Part shown: positions 43,831 through 53,813 of the stretch, piece by piece
Layout: each line of letters starts with the position of its first letter
Position numbering within the stretch: the stretch's first letter is position 1
Position numbers and translations under genes: made by a program
Source: Piromyces finnis finn
Lineage: Eukaryota > Fungi > Neocallimastigomycota
DNA: 64,000 nucleotides
Direction of reading: 5' to 3'
NCBI GenBank assembly: GCA_002104945.1
Contig: MCFH01000020.1
Span: 434,001-498,000 of the forward strand
The notes under the pieces: generated by a model
The model's database searches: none
The model's input: only the letters and a program-made list of their open reading frames with translations
What the model was told of the DNA's origin: nothing

Positions 43831-45794
43831 TATGATTCAAATAATATTTCTGCATAATAATCAACAATGATAACAACAGTAATAATGAGTGACGAAGAGC
43901 AATTATATTATTGAAATAAAAACACAATATTTTTACTATTTATTTTATTTATTCCAAAAATTTTATAATTTATTCTGGTTAATAAATTGATAAAATTAAA
44001 CTTTTGAAACAATTTTTTTTAATATTTTTCAATTCATTCTGGTTAATGATGACGAAAAAAAAAGTTTCGAAGGACAATGCAATAATAATGGAGCAAAAAA
44101 AACTAGTTTTTTTTCGAACATTATTTATTTGATATATAATTTAAATATTTTAACAATTTTGTTCCAAAAGGTCCGTTTCGGCGGTAAGAATCTGGTTATT
44201 TTTAACGACCGACGCTTAAGGCTTGATGCTTTACGCGCAGTATCTTCCCTGGTTACAAGCTTTTTTTTTATTCTAATTTAATATCATCATGTTTTTTATA
44301 TCAATACATTTTTATTTTTTATTGGGAAACAAACTTTATAACAATAGAAGAAAATCATTTAAGAGATAAACTAATTTTAGGATTTATAAATATGTAAGAA
44401 GTATGAAAAGTAGCTAGACTCTTTATCATATTCTTATTTTACCTTATAAAATAGAAAATAGAACATTAAATTGCAACTAATATTCTATTAATTGCATATA
44501 TTAGAAATTTTATAGGTGAAAATGTAAGGTTTCTTAATATAATTTTTTTTGAAAATATAAAGTTTATAATAATTTAAGAATAAATTTAAAAGTATAAAAG
44601 CAAATAAGAAAATGATAAGAAATATTAAAAGAATTGTTTAAGATTTAAAAGAAAATGAAATTTAAAATTAACTATGAAAAAAAGAAATCAAAAAAAAAAT
44701 CAAACCAGAAAAAAAAGTAGCAAAAGAATGAATAAAAAATGAGAATGCAGTTAAAAAAAAAAGGATATACTAAATTAAGTAAAAGAAAAATAAATAAATC
44801 GGATCATGAAGTTATGAAAAGGAAAAAAAAAATTAAAACTTTACTAATAAAAATATTTATAATTAAAAAAGAAAAATAGGTTTTATTTTGATATTTCCTA
44901 TATTGTTAAGAATTAAATAACAATATATATAATCCTTATACACTATCATAAAAGAAAAGTATTGGAAAATGAACGATTATAGCAATGGAATATATTAAAA
45001 ACTAATAATTACTTTAATTGCTAGTCAATTAAATATTTTTAATATATTCAACTGAATTTATTTTTAATTATTATAAAACACCAACGAAAGTAATAATAAT
45101 GAAAAAAAAAACATGGTCAAAATACTTCCTATAGCTAGTCTATATGGATTTTTTTTTCTTTTAATAATATTATTCTCTGAAGTTCATTATTGCTTTAAGT
45201 GTTATGCAAGAATAAAAAGGGGAAAGTAAAAAATTTCTAAGAAGATAAAAATATATTAAAGAATTATTAAAAAAAAAAAGGTTTAATATTAAAAATTTTT
45301 ACCTAAAAACACAATAATATTTAATTTTATTAATGCAAAAATAATTTTAATAATAATCATAATAATTAATAACAATATATTATAATATAATGAAAATTAT
45401 TTATAAATTATTTTATATCATATTTAATTTTTTTTTTTAAAAAAAAAAAGATATAATTAATATTTCTATAAAAAATATAAAATTTATATTATTTTAACTT
45501 AATTCATTTTAAATATTATTATCATTTATATATTTTTTTAAATCATCGTTACAAACATATTAATAAATCTTTATATATTATTTAATAATAATATAAATAA
45601 TAAAAAAAAAAGGAAATAAGTAATCATATTTTATAATATTATCTAATAATTACCTTTAATAATAATAAAAAGAGTAATTATTACAAATAAATCAATAACA
45701 ATAATAATAATAAAAAAAAAAAAAAAATAACAAAAATAACTTTCTTTTTTTCATTTTTTGTGTTATAAAGTATAAACACATTCTCTTATTCTAT

Positions 45795-46042
45795 CCCTCT
45801 TGGGAACGTGCCTTCATTTATTTAATAAATGTAGTTTCTCAAGGGGGTCTACTCATGCTCATGGTACTGAGAGAGTAGAAAGAATTAAATCCAAGTATTG
45901 CGCAATGGATGCTTGGTGCCCTCTTAGGAATGTGCCTTCATTTATTTAATAAATGTAATTTCTCAAGGGGGTCTACTCATGCTCATGGTACTGAGAGAGT
46001 AGAAAGAATTAAATCCAAGCATTGCGCAATGGATGCTTGGTT
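45795..46042 (+). repeat. Two tandem 124-bp monomers forming the extreme 5' end of the LINE
   Basis: Unit 1 is 45795-45918 and unit 2 is 45919-46042. They differ by 4 internal transitions plus the last base; each contains three inverted-repeat hairpins. Confidence 0.93.
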
Positions 46043-46153
46043 AGTCTTTAAGGGAAAATTATTAAGACTAAGCTCATGGTACTGAGCGATTAAAAAACAT
46101 TTTATTCATCAAATTTAAGTATTTGATGAATAAGTGAATGTTTGATTTTTCAG

Positions 46154-46494
46154 GTAAGTTTGTATAGTATTTAATTAGAAGAGTAATACATTTTGTTGCT
46201 GTATTTTTTCTTTTATTCATGTATTCATGTAGTACTACTCTTCTCTTGTAAGAATCCAATGTAGTCAACTTTAGCATTTGCATTGTACTTTTATATTCAT
46301 GTAGCTATTGTTGTATTGTTTCTTGTAAGAGACTGATTCACTCTACATCATGTAAAAATACTATTCACAAGCTTTCTGGTGTCGACATTCTTGATTCAAA
46401 TTTTTTACCAATTTAAATATTTAATGAAAAGTAAAGTCAAACAAGTTTAGTGTCAAAAAGCGAATCGAATTTACTAACAACAAACCAAAACTAG
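46154..46494 (+). other. Candidate spliceosomal intron in the LINE 5' UTR
   Basis: CAG|GTAAGT donor (GT at 46154), TACTAAC branch box at 46472-46478, TAG acceptor at 46492-46494. Confidence 0.55.
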
Positions 46495-46685
46495 AATTTT
46501 TAAAGAAAATTTACAACTAGAATTCAAAAAAAAGAAACTTTAAACAAAGCATCGTAACAATTTTTGTACTATCCAGTACTTTTAAGAAGAGAGAGAGAGA
46601 CAGATTTTTTTCCATATACGTTATATTTGTAATTTTTATTAGTATTTATTTTATATTCAATATTTTTTAATTAGAATTTATTATC

Positions 46686-49600
46686 ATGTCAGTCCTTTAT
46701 ATTAAAGATAAGAATTATATCAGACGTGGTACCCGGTCTTATGGTATCCCCTTAGATGATATTCGCTCCTTCTTTATCCGTGGTATTCGATCATGGTCAG
46801 TAAATATGCTATGGGAAAAACTCGAGGTTATTCTAGAAGATAAATTTAATTCAGTTATTAGTGTTAAATATTTTCAAACTTTCAATGATCACTTTTTCTT
46901 AGTCAAGGTTCATGGTTCATCAAAAGATTGTATTAAAATCTTACACATGTTAAAGAAGAAACTTTCAGTTACCTCAATTTCCTTTTCAGCTCGTAGTAGA
47001 AGGAATCACAAATACACTTTTTCCACTCTCAAACGTAAAATTTTAGTTTCTAATAAACATCAACATTCTATTCAACAATCATTTCAACAATCAGTTCAAC
47101 AATCTCATCAACAATCCGATCTTCAACAAGATCTTCAACAGGATCTTCAACAAGTTTCCCATCATGAAAATATTCCAGATCTACAGCAAACACAATTTCA
47201 ATCTCAACATTCAACAATTAATTCTAATAGTTCTATCAACTCTGATAACAGTTCAATAGTTGATAGTTCTTCAGTTTCACAGCCATCTAGTAATAGTTCT
47301 ACTTATTCCTCTGATGCATCATCCATTAATAACGATGACTTTAATAATAATAATAATAGCAACGATTCTTCCTCATCCAACAAGCCTGATAACTTTTCTT
47401 TTTGTCTTAGTTGGAACACCAATGGGTGGAATCATGAAAAGAGGGATAGTATTAGCTATTTCACAGCTATTTTCAAACCATTATTCTTATGTTTCCAAGA
47501 AACTGGTAATGGTTCTGGTTCGAATACAGATTATCCTTGTCGTGTTACTTTGCGAAACTATAGACACTTTTTCAAGAAAGCTGACGAATCAGTTCCGGGA
47601 ATGAGAGGTTTATATTTAGGTTTTCACAATTCGTGTCAAGCCTCACTTGAAAACTTCTCTGGAAAGTATATTATTTCTATTTATACTTTTAGTCTCTGGA
47701 ATAGATTCAAATGCTCGATTGGAAATGTTTATATGCCTCATAGTCATCACAACATCTATGTTGATCATGCAAAGTTAGAAGTTCGCTTGTGGTTACAAAC
47801 TCATTCATCCCATCCATCGATTCTTGTTGGTGATTTTAATATGTCTAAAGTAAAATTATCCAACTGGTTATCAACTAATGGATTAGGAGATTGGGAAATT
47901 CTTCCGCTTAGAGGGTCTACTATCTCTTGGACTCGAGGTGATCAATCTTCCGACATTGACCATGCTCTTATCAATTCGAAGATGAAAGATCTTATTCACT
48001 CAGGATCATTTATAAATAATTTTTATCCTGTATCAGACCATAAGCCACTTCTTATTAATGGTAAAATTATTCCTATGGAAGATTTTTCTAATGACTTTAA
48101 CGTTCCTAAGAAAATTCTGAAATGGAATAGATTAAAATGTACTGAGGAAAAGGAATCTATTCTCAGTCATAATAAATTCCAAATACTTTCAGCAAAATTC
48201 AACGATCCTAATGCTTCTACAGATGAACTTTCCAAAGAATTTACTTCAACTGCTTTTTCAATTGCAGACGAGCTCAGTATTACCTCAGCAAATAATGTTA
48301 TAAAGTCTTCATTTCATATTTCACAACAAATTTTTAATCTCCAAAAAATCAAAATGAAGTTGTATAAGAGATTTAAAAAAGAAAGAATTTATGATATAGA
48401 TGAATTTATTAAAAGAATTAAAATCTACCGTAAGCTCATTGATTACATCCACAAAAGATGTAATGAATTTAGGAAGCAAGAATATCTTCATTGGATTAAA
48501 ACAGGATGTGAGTATATGAAGAGTCATAATCCTAAGAAGGCCTGGAAATGGATCAAAAAAACTGCAAAAATTGGAAAAGATTCTTTCTTTATTGCTCAAC
48601 CAATTAAAAACAAAAATGGAGAATTAGTTGTTGCTACGGAAGAACAACTAGATGTGTGGCATGATCATTTCGAAAATCTTGCATCAGATCCAAGTGGTGT
48701 AAGTCTTGATTTGGAGCATTGGTATGAAGAACCAACGAATAAACGTTTTTCACTTCCTATGCTTGATGAGTGGGATATCAACCAAGATATTAGTATTGAT
48801 GAAGTCAAGTCAGCTATCCTCTCTACTCCAAATTATAAAGCATCAGGTCCGGATGGTATTCCAATTGAATTTTACAAAGCATTAATTCCATCAAGTAATG
48901 ATTCTAATAATGCTACAGATAATAATTCTTCTGGTAATACTACTTCAGATAATGATGCTCATGGTTTAAATTTTATTCTTAAATTATTTAACCGTATTTG
49001 GGATGGAGATTTCCCCAACTCATGGAATGAATCCAGTATTGTTTCTATTCCTAAGAAGGGAGATTTGACAGATTGTGATAACTATCGAGGTATATCACTT
49101 ATCAATAATGGTATTAAGTTGATCTCCAAAATTGTCACCACTAGAATCTCAGAATATGGTCTAAAGAATAATTTCATTAGACCTGAACAATTTGGTTTTC
49201 GAAAAAAGGAAGAAAGTATCAGTCTTTTCATTTCAATCCAAGAAATATGCCGTAGACGTCAATTAGATAATAAAGAGACATATTTGGCCTTTTTAGATCT
49301 CAGGAAAGCATACGATTCAGTCCCAATCGGTAATATTCTCCATAAATTAGATTGTTTAGGAATCCGAGGTAAGAGTTTACAATTTATCAAAAATTTATAT
49401 TTAACATCTAAGGCTAATGTCAAATTAGATGGACAATTCTCGAAATCTTTTGATGTGAAGAAAGGAGTCCGTCAAGGTTGCCCTCTTTCTCCTATTCTCT
49501 TTAATCTCTTTATTAATGATATATTTAGAGAGTGCGAAGATCTAGGAGTCAGTTTAGGTGACACTCGATGCTGTGGTGGACTTTTTGCAGATGATATAGT

Positions 49601-51209
49601 TATTTGTGCTCCAACAAGAGGATGCTTAAAAAAGATGCTTAGAAGAGTTAATGAATGGGCACTGTATAATGAAATGGAATTTGGTATCCAGAAATGTTCA
49701 ACGATGGTGATTCGTCCTGAATCAATAGAAAATCAGAACAAGAGAGATCCAACATTTTACTTAGCAGGACAACCCATTCCAACTACTGATTGCTATACTT
49801 ATCTTGGTGTTCCATTTGATAAGAATCTGTCCCTTAAACCAGTAATTAAAGCTCTTAATAACAAGGTTTTGAAAGGACTTTTCTCAGTCAGTAAATTCTT
49901 AAGAAATCCTAATATTCCTATTCCTTTCAAAAAACTAGTACTTAACTCACAAGTGATTAGCAGAGTTTCATACTTTGCACCATTACTTGGATCCAACAAA
50001 GCTAGGTCTAGGATTGCTCAGAAGCATGTTAACAAAGGAATACGATGGGTTGCCGGAGTTCATAAAGCTGTATCGTTTATATCTTTATACTCTATCTCAA
50101 AAGATTTGAATATTCCTCCATTGTCAGCCAAATGTGCGTTAGCTCAGGTTAGATGTTTTAACAAATGGAAAAACTCAAATTGTATTATCTCACACCTTGT
50201 CAATTACATTCCTAAATTTAGAAAATACACGTGGTGCAAATCAAGTAGGACACTTGATAAAAAATTAAAGAAACATGGAGATGTTAAAGCAGTTAAAAAC
50301 TTTTATTGGAAAGATCTCAAAGGGAATTCAATCAAAGCGCAATATTATGATGATAATAAATTTATTGAAACTAAAGATTTTATTAAATTATGTTATGAGT
50401 ACCCAGAGTTTGCCTATGGCTTCTACTGGCTATTGAAAGCAAGAAGCGGATACAAGTTGGATGCTAGAGTTGCCAAAGCTGCCAAATTTGTTGATCCAGT
50501 TTGTCCTAACTACTGTCCATGTTGCAAGTGTGGAGATCAAAGTATTAAACATTGGTTATTAGATTGTCCAACATTTAGAGATATCCGTATTAAACATTAT
50601 GATTCCATAGTCCAGCTATTAAATTTTTTCAGTCAACGTAATTCCAATAGTCCTATCAATAATAATGAAATTGATAATATCAGTAGAGATAGTAATAACA
50701 TTAATAGTAATAGTAACAATAGTAGTAATAACAATAGTAATAGTAACAATAGTAATAGTAACAATAGTAATAATAACAATAATAGAAATAATAATATTAG
50801 TAATGATAGCAATAGTGAAGATAATAATTCTAATTTAGATAGTAATTTAGTTAATGATAGTAATAGTTCTAATAATCCGGTGAATATTAATGTGTATGAT
50901 TATTCTAGTGTGTGCAGTAAAATATTTAAATTCCTTCTTGGGGGAAGAAGTTTTAACAATATCAATTACAATTCAAGGGAATGGAAAGAACTTTGTAAGC
51001 GTCAGATTCAATCTGGTACTAATGAAGGAGCACCATTCTTGACGGTAACCGCGGAACTTCTAACCAAAATCATGCCTTTTGCTATTGGCCAGCAATGGTC
51101 AATGTTCAAAAGGTTTGAAGCAACATCCAAGAGCGTCAATGCTGAAGAAACAGTAAGACAGGCCAGGAGGGCCAGCGCAACCAATGGAGATCATAATTTT
51201 GTTCCATGA
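46686..51209 (+). CDS. LINE polyprotein: N-terminal domain + APE endonuclease + reverse transcriptase + C-terminal Zn finger
   Basis: APE motifs SWNTNG, FQET, GNVYMP, GDFN, SDIDH, SDHKP; RT motifs NYRGISL, AFLDLRKAYDSV, GVRQGCPLSPILF, FADD, YLGV; CPCC-x7-H-x4-C finger. No stops or frameshifts. Confidence 0.97.
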   Translation: MSVLYIKDKNYIRRGTRSYGIPLDDIRSFFIRGIRSWSVNMLWEKLEVILEDKFNSVISVKYFQTFNDHFFLVKVHGSSKDCIKILHMLKKKLSVTSISFSARSRRNHKYTFSTLKRKILVSNKHQHSIQQSFQQSVQQSHQQSDLQQDLQQDLQQVSHHENIPDLQQTQFQSQHSTINSNSSINSDNSSIVDSSSVSQPSSNSSTYSSDASSINNDDFNNNNNSNDSSSSNKPDNFSFCLSWNTNGWNHEKRDSISYFTAIFKPLFLCFQETGNGSGSNTDYPCRVTLRNYRHFFKKADESVPGMRGLYLGFHNSCQASLENFSGKYIISIYTFSLWNRFKCSIGNVYMPHSHHNIYVDHAKLEVRLWLQTHSSHPSILVGDFNMSKVKLSNWLSTNGLGDWEILPLRGSTISWTRGDQSSDIDHALINSKMKDLIHSGSFINNFYPVSDHKPLLINGKIIPMEDFSNDFNVPKKILKWNRLKCTEEKESILSHNKFQILSAKFNDPNASTDELSKEFTSTAFSIADELSITSANNVIKSSFHISQQIFNLQKIKMKLYKRFKKERIYDIDEFIKRIKIYRKLIDYIHKRCNEFRKQEYLHWIKTGCEYMKSHNPKKAWKWIKKTAKIGKDSFFIAQPIKNKNGELVVATEEQLDVWHDHFENLASDPSGVSLDLEHWYEEPTNKRFSLPMLDEWDINQDISIDEVKSAILSTPNYKASGPDGIPIEFYKALIPSSNDSNNATDNNSSGNTTSDNDAHGLNFILKLFNRIWDGDFPNSWNESSIVSIPKKGDLTDCDNYRGISLINNGIKLISKIVTTRISEYGLKNNFIRPEQFGFRKKEESISLFISIQEICRRRQLDNKETYLAFLDLRKAYDSVPIGNILHKLDCLGIRGKSLQFIKNLYLTSKANVKLDGQFSKSFDVKKGVRQGCPLSPILFNLFINDIFRECEDLGVSLGDTRCCGGLFADDIVICAPTRGCLKKMLRRVNEWALYNEMEFGIQKCSTMVIRPESIENQNKRDPTFYLAGQPIPTTDCYTYLGVPFDKNLSLKPVIKALNNKVLKGLFSVSKFLRNPNIPIPFKKLVLNSQVISRVSYFAPLLGSNKARSRIAQKHVNKGIRWVAGVHKAVSFISLYSISKDLNIPPLSAKCALAQVRCFNKWKNSNCIISHLVNYIPKFRKYTWCKSSRTLDKKLKKHGDVKAVKNFYWKDLKGNSIKAQYYDDNKFIETKDFIKLCYEYPEFAYGFYWLLKARSGYKLDARVAKAAKFVDPVCPNYCPCCKCGDQSIKHWLLDCPTFRDIRIKHYDSIVQLLNFFSQRNSNSPINNNEIDNISRDSNNINSNSNNSSNNNSNSNNSNSNNSNNNNNRNNNISNDSNSEDNNSNLDSNLVNDSNSSNNPVNINVYDYSSVCSKIFKFLLGGRSFNNINYNSREWKELCKRQIQSGTNEGAPFLTVTAELLTKIMPFAIGQQWSMFKRFEATSKSVNAEETVRQARRASATNGDHNFVP

Positions 51210-51460
51210 CAAAATTTTGATCTTTGGCTCGGTGTCCCATTGGAAGTCAAATACAATTATTATACTTTAGTATGATAGTGGCTTTCTTACTTTAATTAAA
51301 ATTACTAGAATACATTATACCCAATTTTTATTCATTTGTGTTTATTTAAACATATTTTTTTTATTTTTATTATTTTTAATTATTTATTACATGTATTATA
51401 ATTTTAATTAAATTAATAATAAAGTTTAAAATATTTGATGCCGTTAAAAAAAAAAAAAAA

Positions 51461-51523
<63 letters not shown>

Positions 51524-51525
<2 letters not shown>

Positions 51526-51980
51526 CTCTTATTCTATTTAATCTCTTCATCAACGATATATTAAATAAATGTGAAAGGCTTGGTGTTAGCTTAGGAAATA
51601 AATGTTGTTTTGGTGGCCTTTTTGCTGATGACATTGTTCTGTGGTCAATGTTCAAAAGGTTTGAAGCAACATCCAAGAGCGTCAATGCTGAAGAAACAGT
51701 AAGACAGGCCAGGAGGGCCAGCGCAACCAATGGAGATCATAATTTTGTTCCATGACAAAATTTTGATCTTTGGCTCGGTGTCCCATTGGAAGTCAAATAC
51801 AATTATTATACTTTAGTATGATAGTGGCTTTCTTACTTTAATTAAAATTACTAGAATACATTATACCCAATTTTTATTCATTTGTGTTTATTTAAACATA
51901 TTTTTTTTATATTTAATTTTTTTATTACATGTATTATAATTTTAATTAAATTAATAATAAAGTTTAAAATATTTGATGCC

Positions 51981-52015
<35 letters not shown>

Positions 52016-53700
52016 ATTGTTCGGATTGCTCCTAGCAAGAAGAACCTTCAAAAGATGCTTAATCTAGTTCTTGATTGGGCTAATTTAAATGAAATGTCTT
52101 TTGGAATAAACAAGTGTGTAACTATTGTTGTTAAACCTATCAACTTTAATAAATCCCCTAGTTATGTAGATCCAACATTTGACATCAGTATGTACTCGAT
52201 TCCAAAGGTTTCCTGCGATATCTATTTTGGAATTCCTTTCGACGATGATCTTTCTCTGACACCGATTCTAACATGTACAAAAAAGTTCAAAAATCTTTAT
52301 TCTCTTTCGAGAGCTTTCTTTATCAGTCATTCATTCCTATATTTTAAGTAAAGTCTTTTACTATGCTCTATTACTTGGTTTTAACAAAATTAGAACTCGC
52401 AGAGTCTCCAATCTCTTATCAATGTTTTATGGAGGTGTCAATAGCTTTCACAATAAAAGTTGGAATAACAAGAATTCTTAAATCCCTTGTAAGAGTATAT
52501 AGGGGATTTAAGAATTCCAACACATTCAGGTATTTGTACTGCGTAACAAGTGAAATGCTTTGTTAAATGGAGAAAGTCAAATTGTGTATTATTGAAGATC
52601 TCGTCCGATCTATTCCTTCCATGTCTCATTACTCTTGGGCCAAGGAATCTTGTTCTCACTACATAAGAAACTTTTGAAAATAAATATTAAAAGTACTAAA
52701 GATATTAGAAAACATTATTGAAATAATAGTATCCTAAATAATGGAAGTAAAGCCCTCAGATATACTAACAACAAATTCCTTAATTCAAATCGCCTAATGC
52801 ATATCGGTCTCAACAAACCTCACTTAAATTTAGGAATTACCTGGATTATTCGTATTCGATGCGGTTATGAAAATACCACCCGAATTGCTATTGCCAGTAA
52901 TAGAGTTTCACCTAACTGCCTTCGTGTCTATCCATAGCATTAATTGATCGGGTTCTTACTAATGATGAACAATCTTTTTATCCTTAAATTTTAGAATGTT
53001 CTGCATTCTCTGAATACAGAACTTCTTCACTTAGCTTTCTTGACGATTTTTTTTTATCCTTTTTCACAATAAATACAATAATCAATTCATCACTTATTTA
53101 CTCCCTGAAATGGAAGTAAGAAAAATAATATATAACTATATTTTTACGTAGCTTATGATGTGCTACAAATCGATAAGGCGGAACAAAGACATTTGAATGA
53201 ACAGCTTTACAGTTCATCGGCGGGGTCTCATGTTCCATAGGTAGAGGATCTCGAGGATTTTCTTACTAAAACAATCCCTATCATTAGTAGCTCAATGAAG
53301 CTACCTTTTGATAGGTTTAGTGAGACACCTAACGTAATCAAGAGCACCGGCATCGTACTGATATGGCAAAGGAGCATACCTAATAATCCGTACATAGGGT
53401 TCAATGTTAGAATTTCTTCGAATGAAAAACATTATGAGCTCATGAGAGAGTTTAGTGGACATCACACTATCCTACCTGATGTTAATTTTCTTTTTTATTT
53501 AATTTATTAGGTAGGGACCAATTCTATACAGTACGAATTGCAGAGTTCATTGAACTTTTATGCAACTTTAATGATTATTCTATTTATATATATATATGTT
53601 TTATTATTTTTTATTTATTATTTATTATATCAATAGGTATTATCACCTAATATAAAGTAATATTTCAAATTAAATAAATAAATATAAGAAGAAGAAGAAG
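51524..53700 (+). mobile_element. Older, degenerate 5'-truncated LINE of a different family, ending in an (AAG)5 tail and interrupted by younger insertions
   Basis: Reads LILFNLFINDI...GGLFADDIV (51524-51640), resumes IAPSKKNLQKMLNLVLDWANLNEMSFGINKC after 52022, then continues with many stops and frameshifts through the thumb and Zn-finger region to ..HYPT* near 53480. AAG repeats at 53686-53700. Confidence 0.88.
51642..52014 (+). mobile_element. 5'-truncated copy (~370 nt) of the young LINE with poly(A) and TSD
   Basis: Nearly identical to the 3' end of the full-length copy (from TGGTCAATG at ~51100 to GCCGTT); A-tail 51984-52014; TSD ACATTGTTC(T/G)G at 51631-51641 and 52014-52024. Confidence 0.93.
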
Positions 53701-53813
53701 TGTATTCTCTTCCTAGTCTATATATAAAAAAAAAAGTACAAACAAATTTTAATATCTAATACCATGTTAATACTCTAGATAAAAAATTAATGTAAATACA
53801 AATGTATTTTTTT

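Larger units (their letters stand above)
45795..51523 (+). mobile_element. Full-length, apparently intact non-LTR retrotransposon (LINE) with poly(A) tail and 15-bp TSD
   Basis: TSD ATTCTCTTATTCTAT at 45780-45794 and 51523-51537; ~890-nt 5' UTR; single 1507-aa ORF; 3' UTR ending GCCGTT; A-tail 51446-51523 with one T. Confidence 0.96.

Noticed and set aside
44225-44245. Partial resemblance to the U4 snRNA 5' end (GCTTT..GCGCAG..TATC)
   Set aside because: The match is short and gapped; no 5' stem-loop or Sm site at the expected distance.
45795-46133. Assignment of the LINE 5' modules as HDV-like, hammerhead or pistol ribozyme, or as a CRISPR array
   Set aside because: No CUGANGA/GAAA core; the HDV fit lacks the L3 CC / J1-4 GG P1.1 pair and has too short a P2; the pistol pseudoknot partner is not in the right place in all units. 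Units are directly tandem with no spacers and there are no cas genes.
47260-51730. Short ORFs overlapping the LINE ORF and its tail
   Set aside because: Alternate-frame or antisense shadows; the poly-Phe is the reverse of the poly(A) tail.
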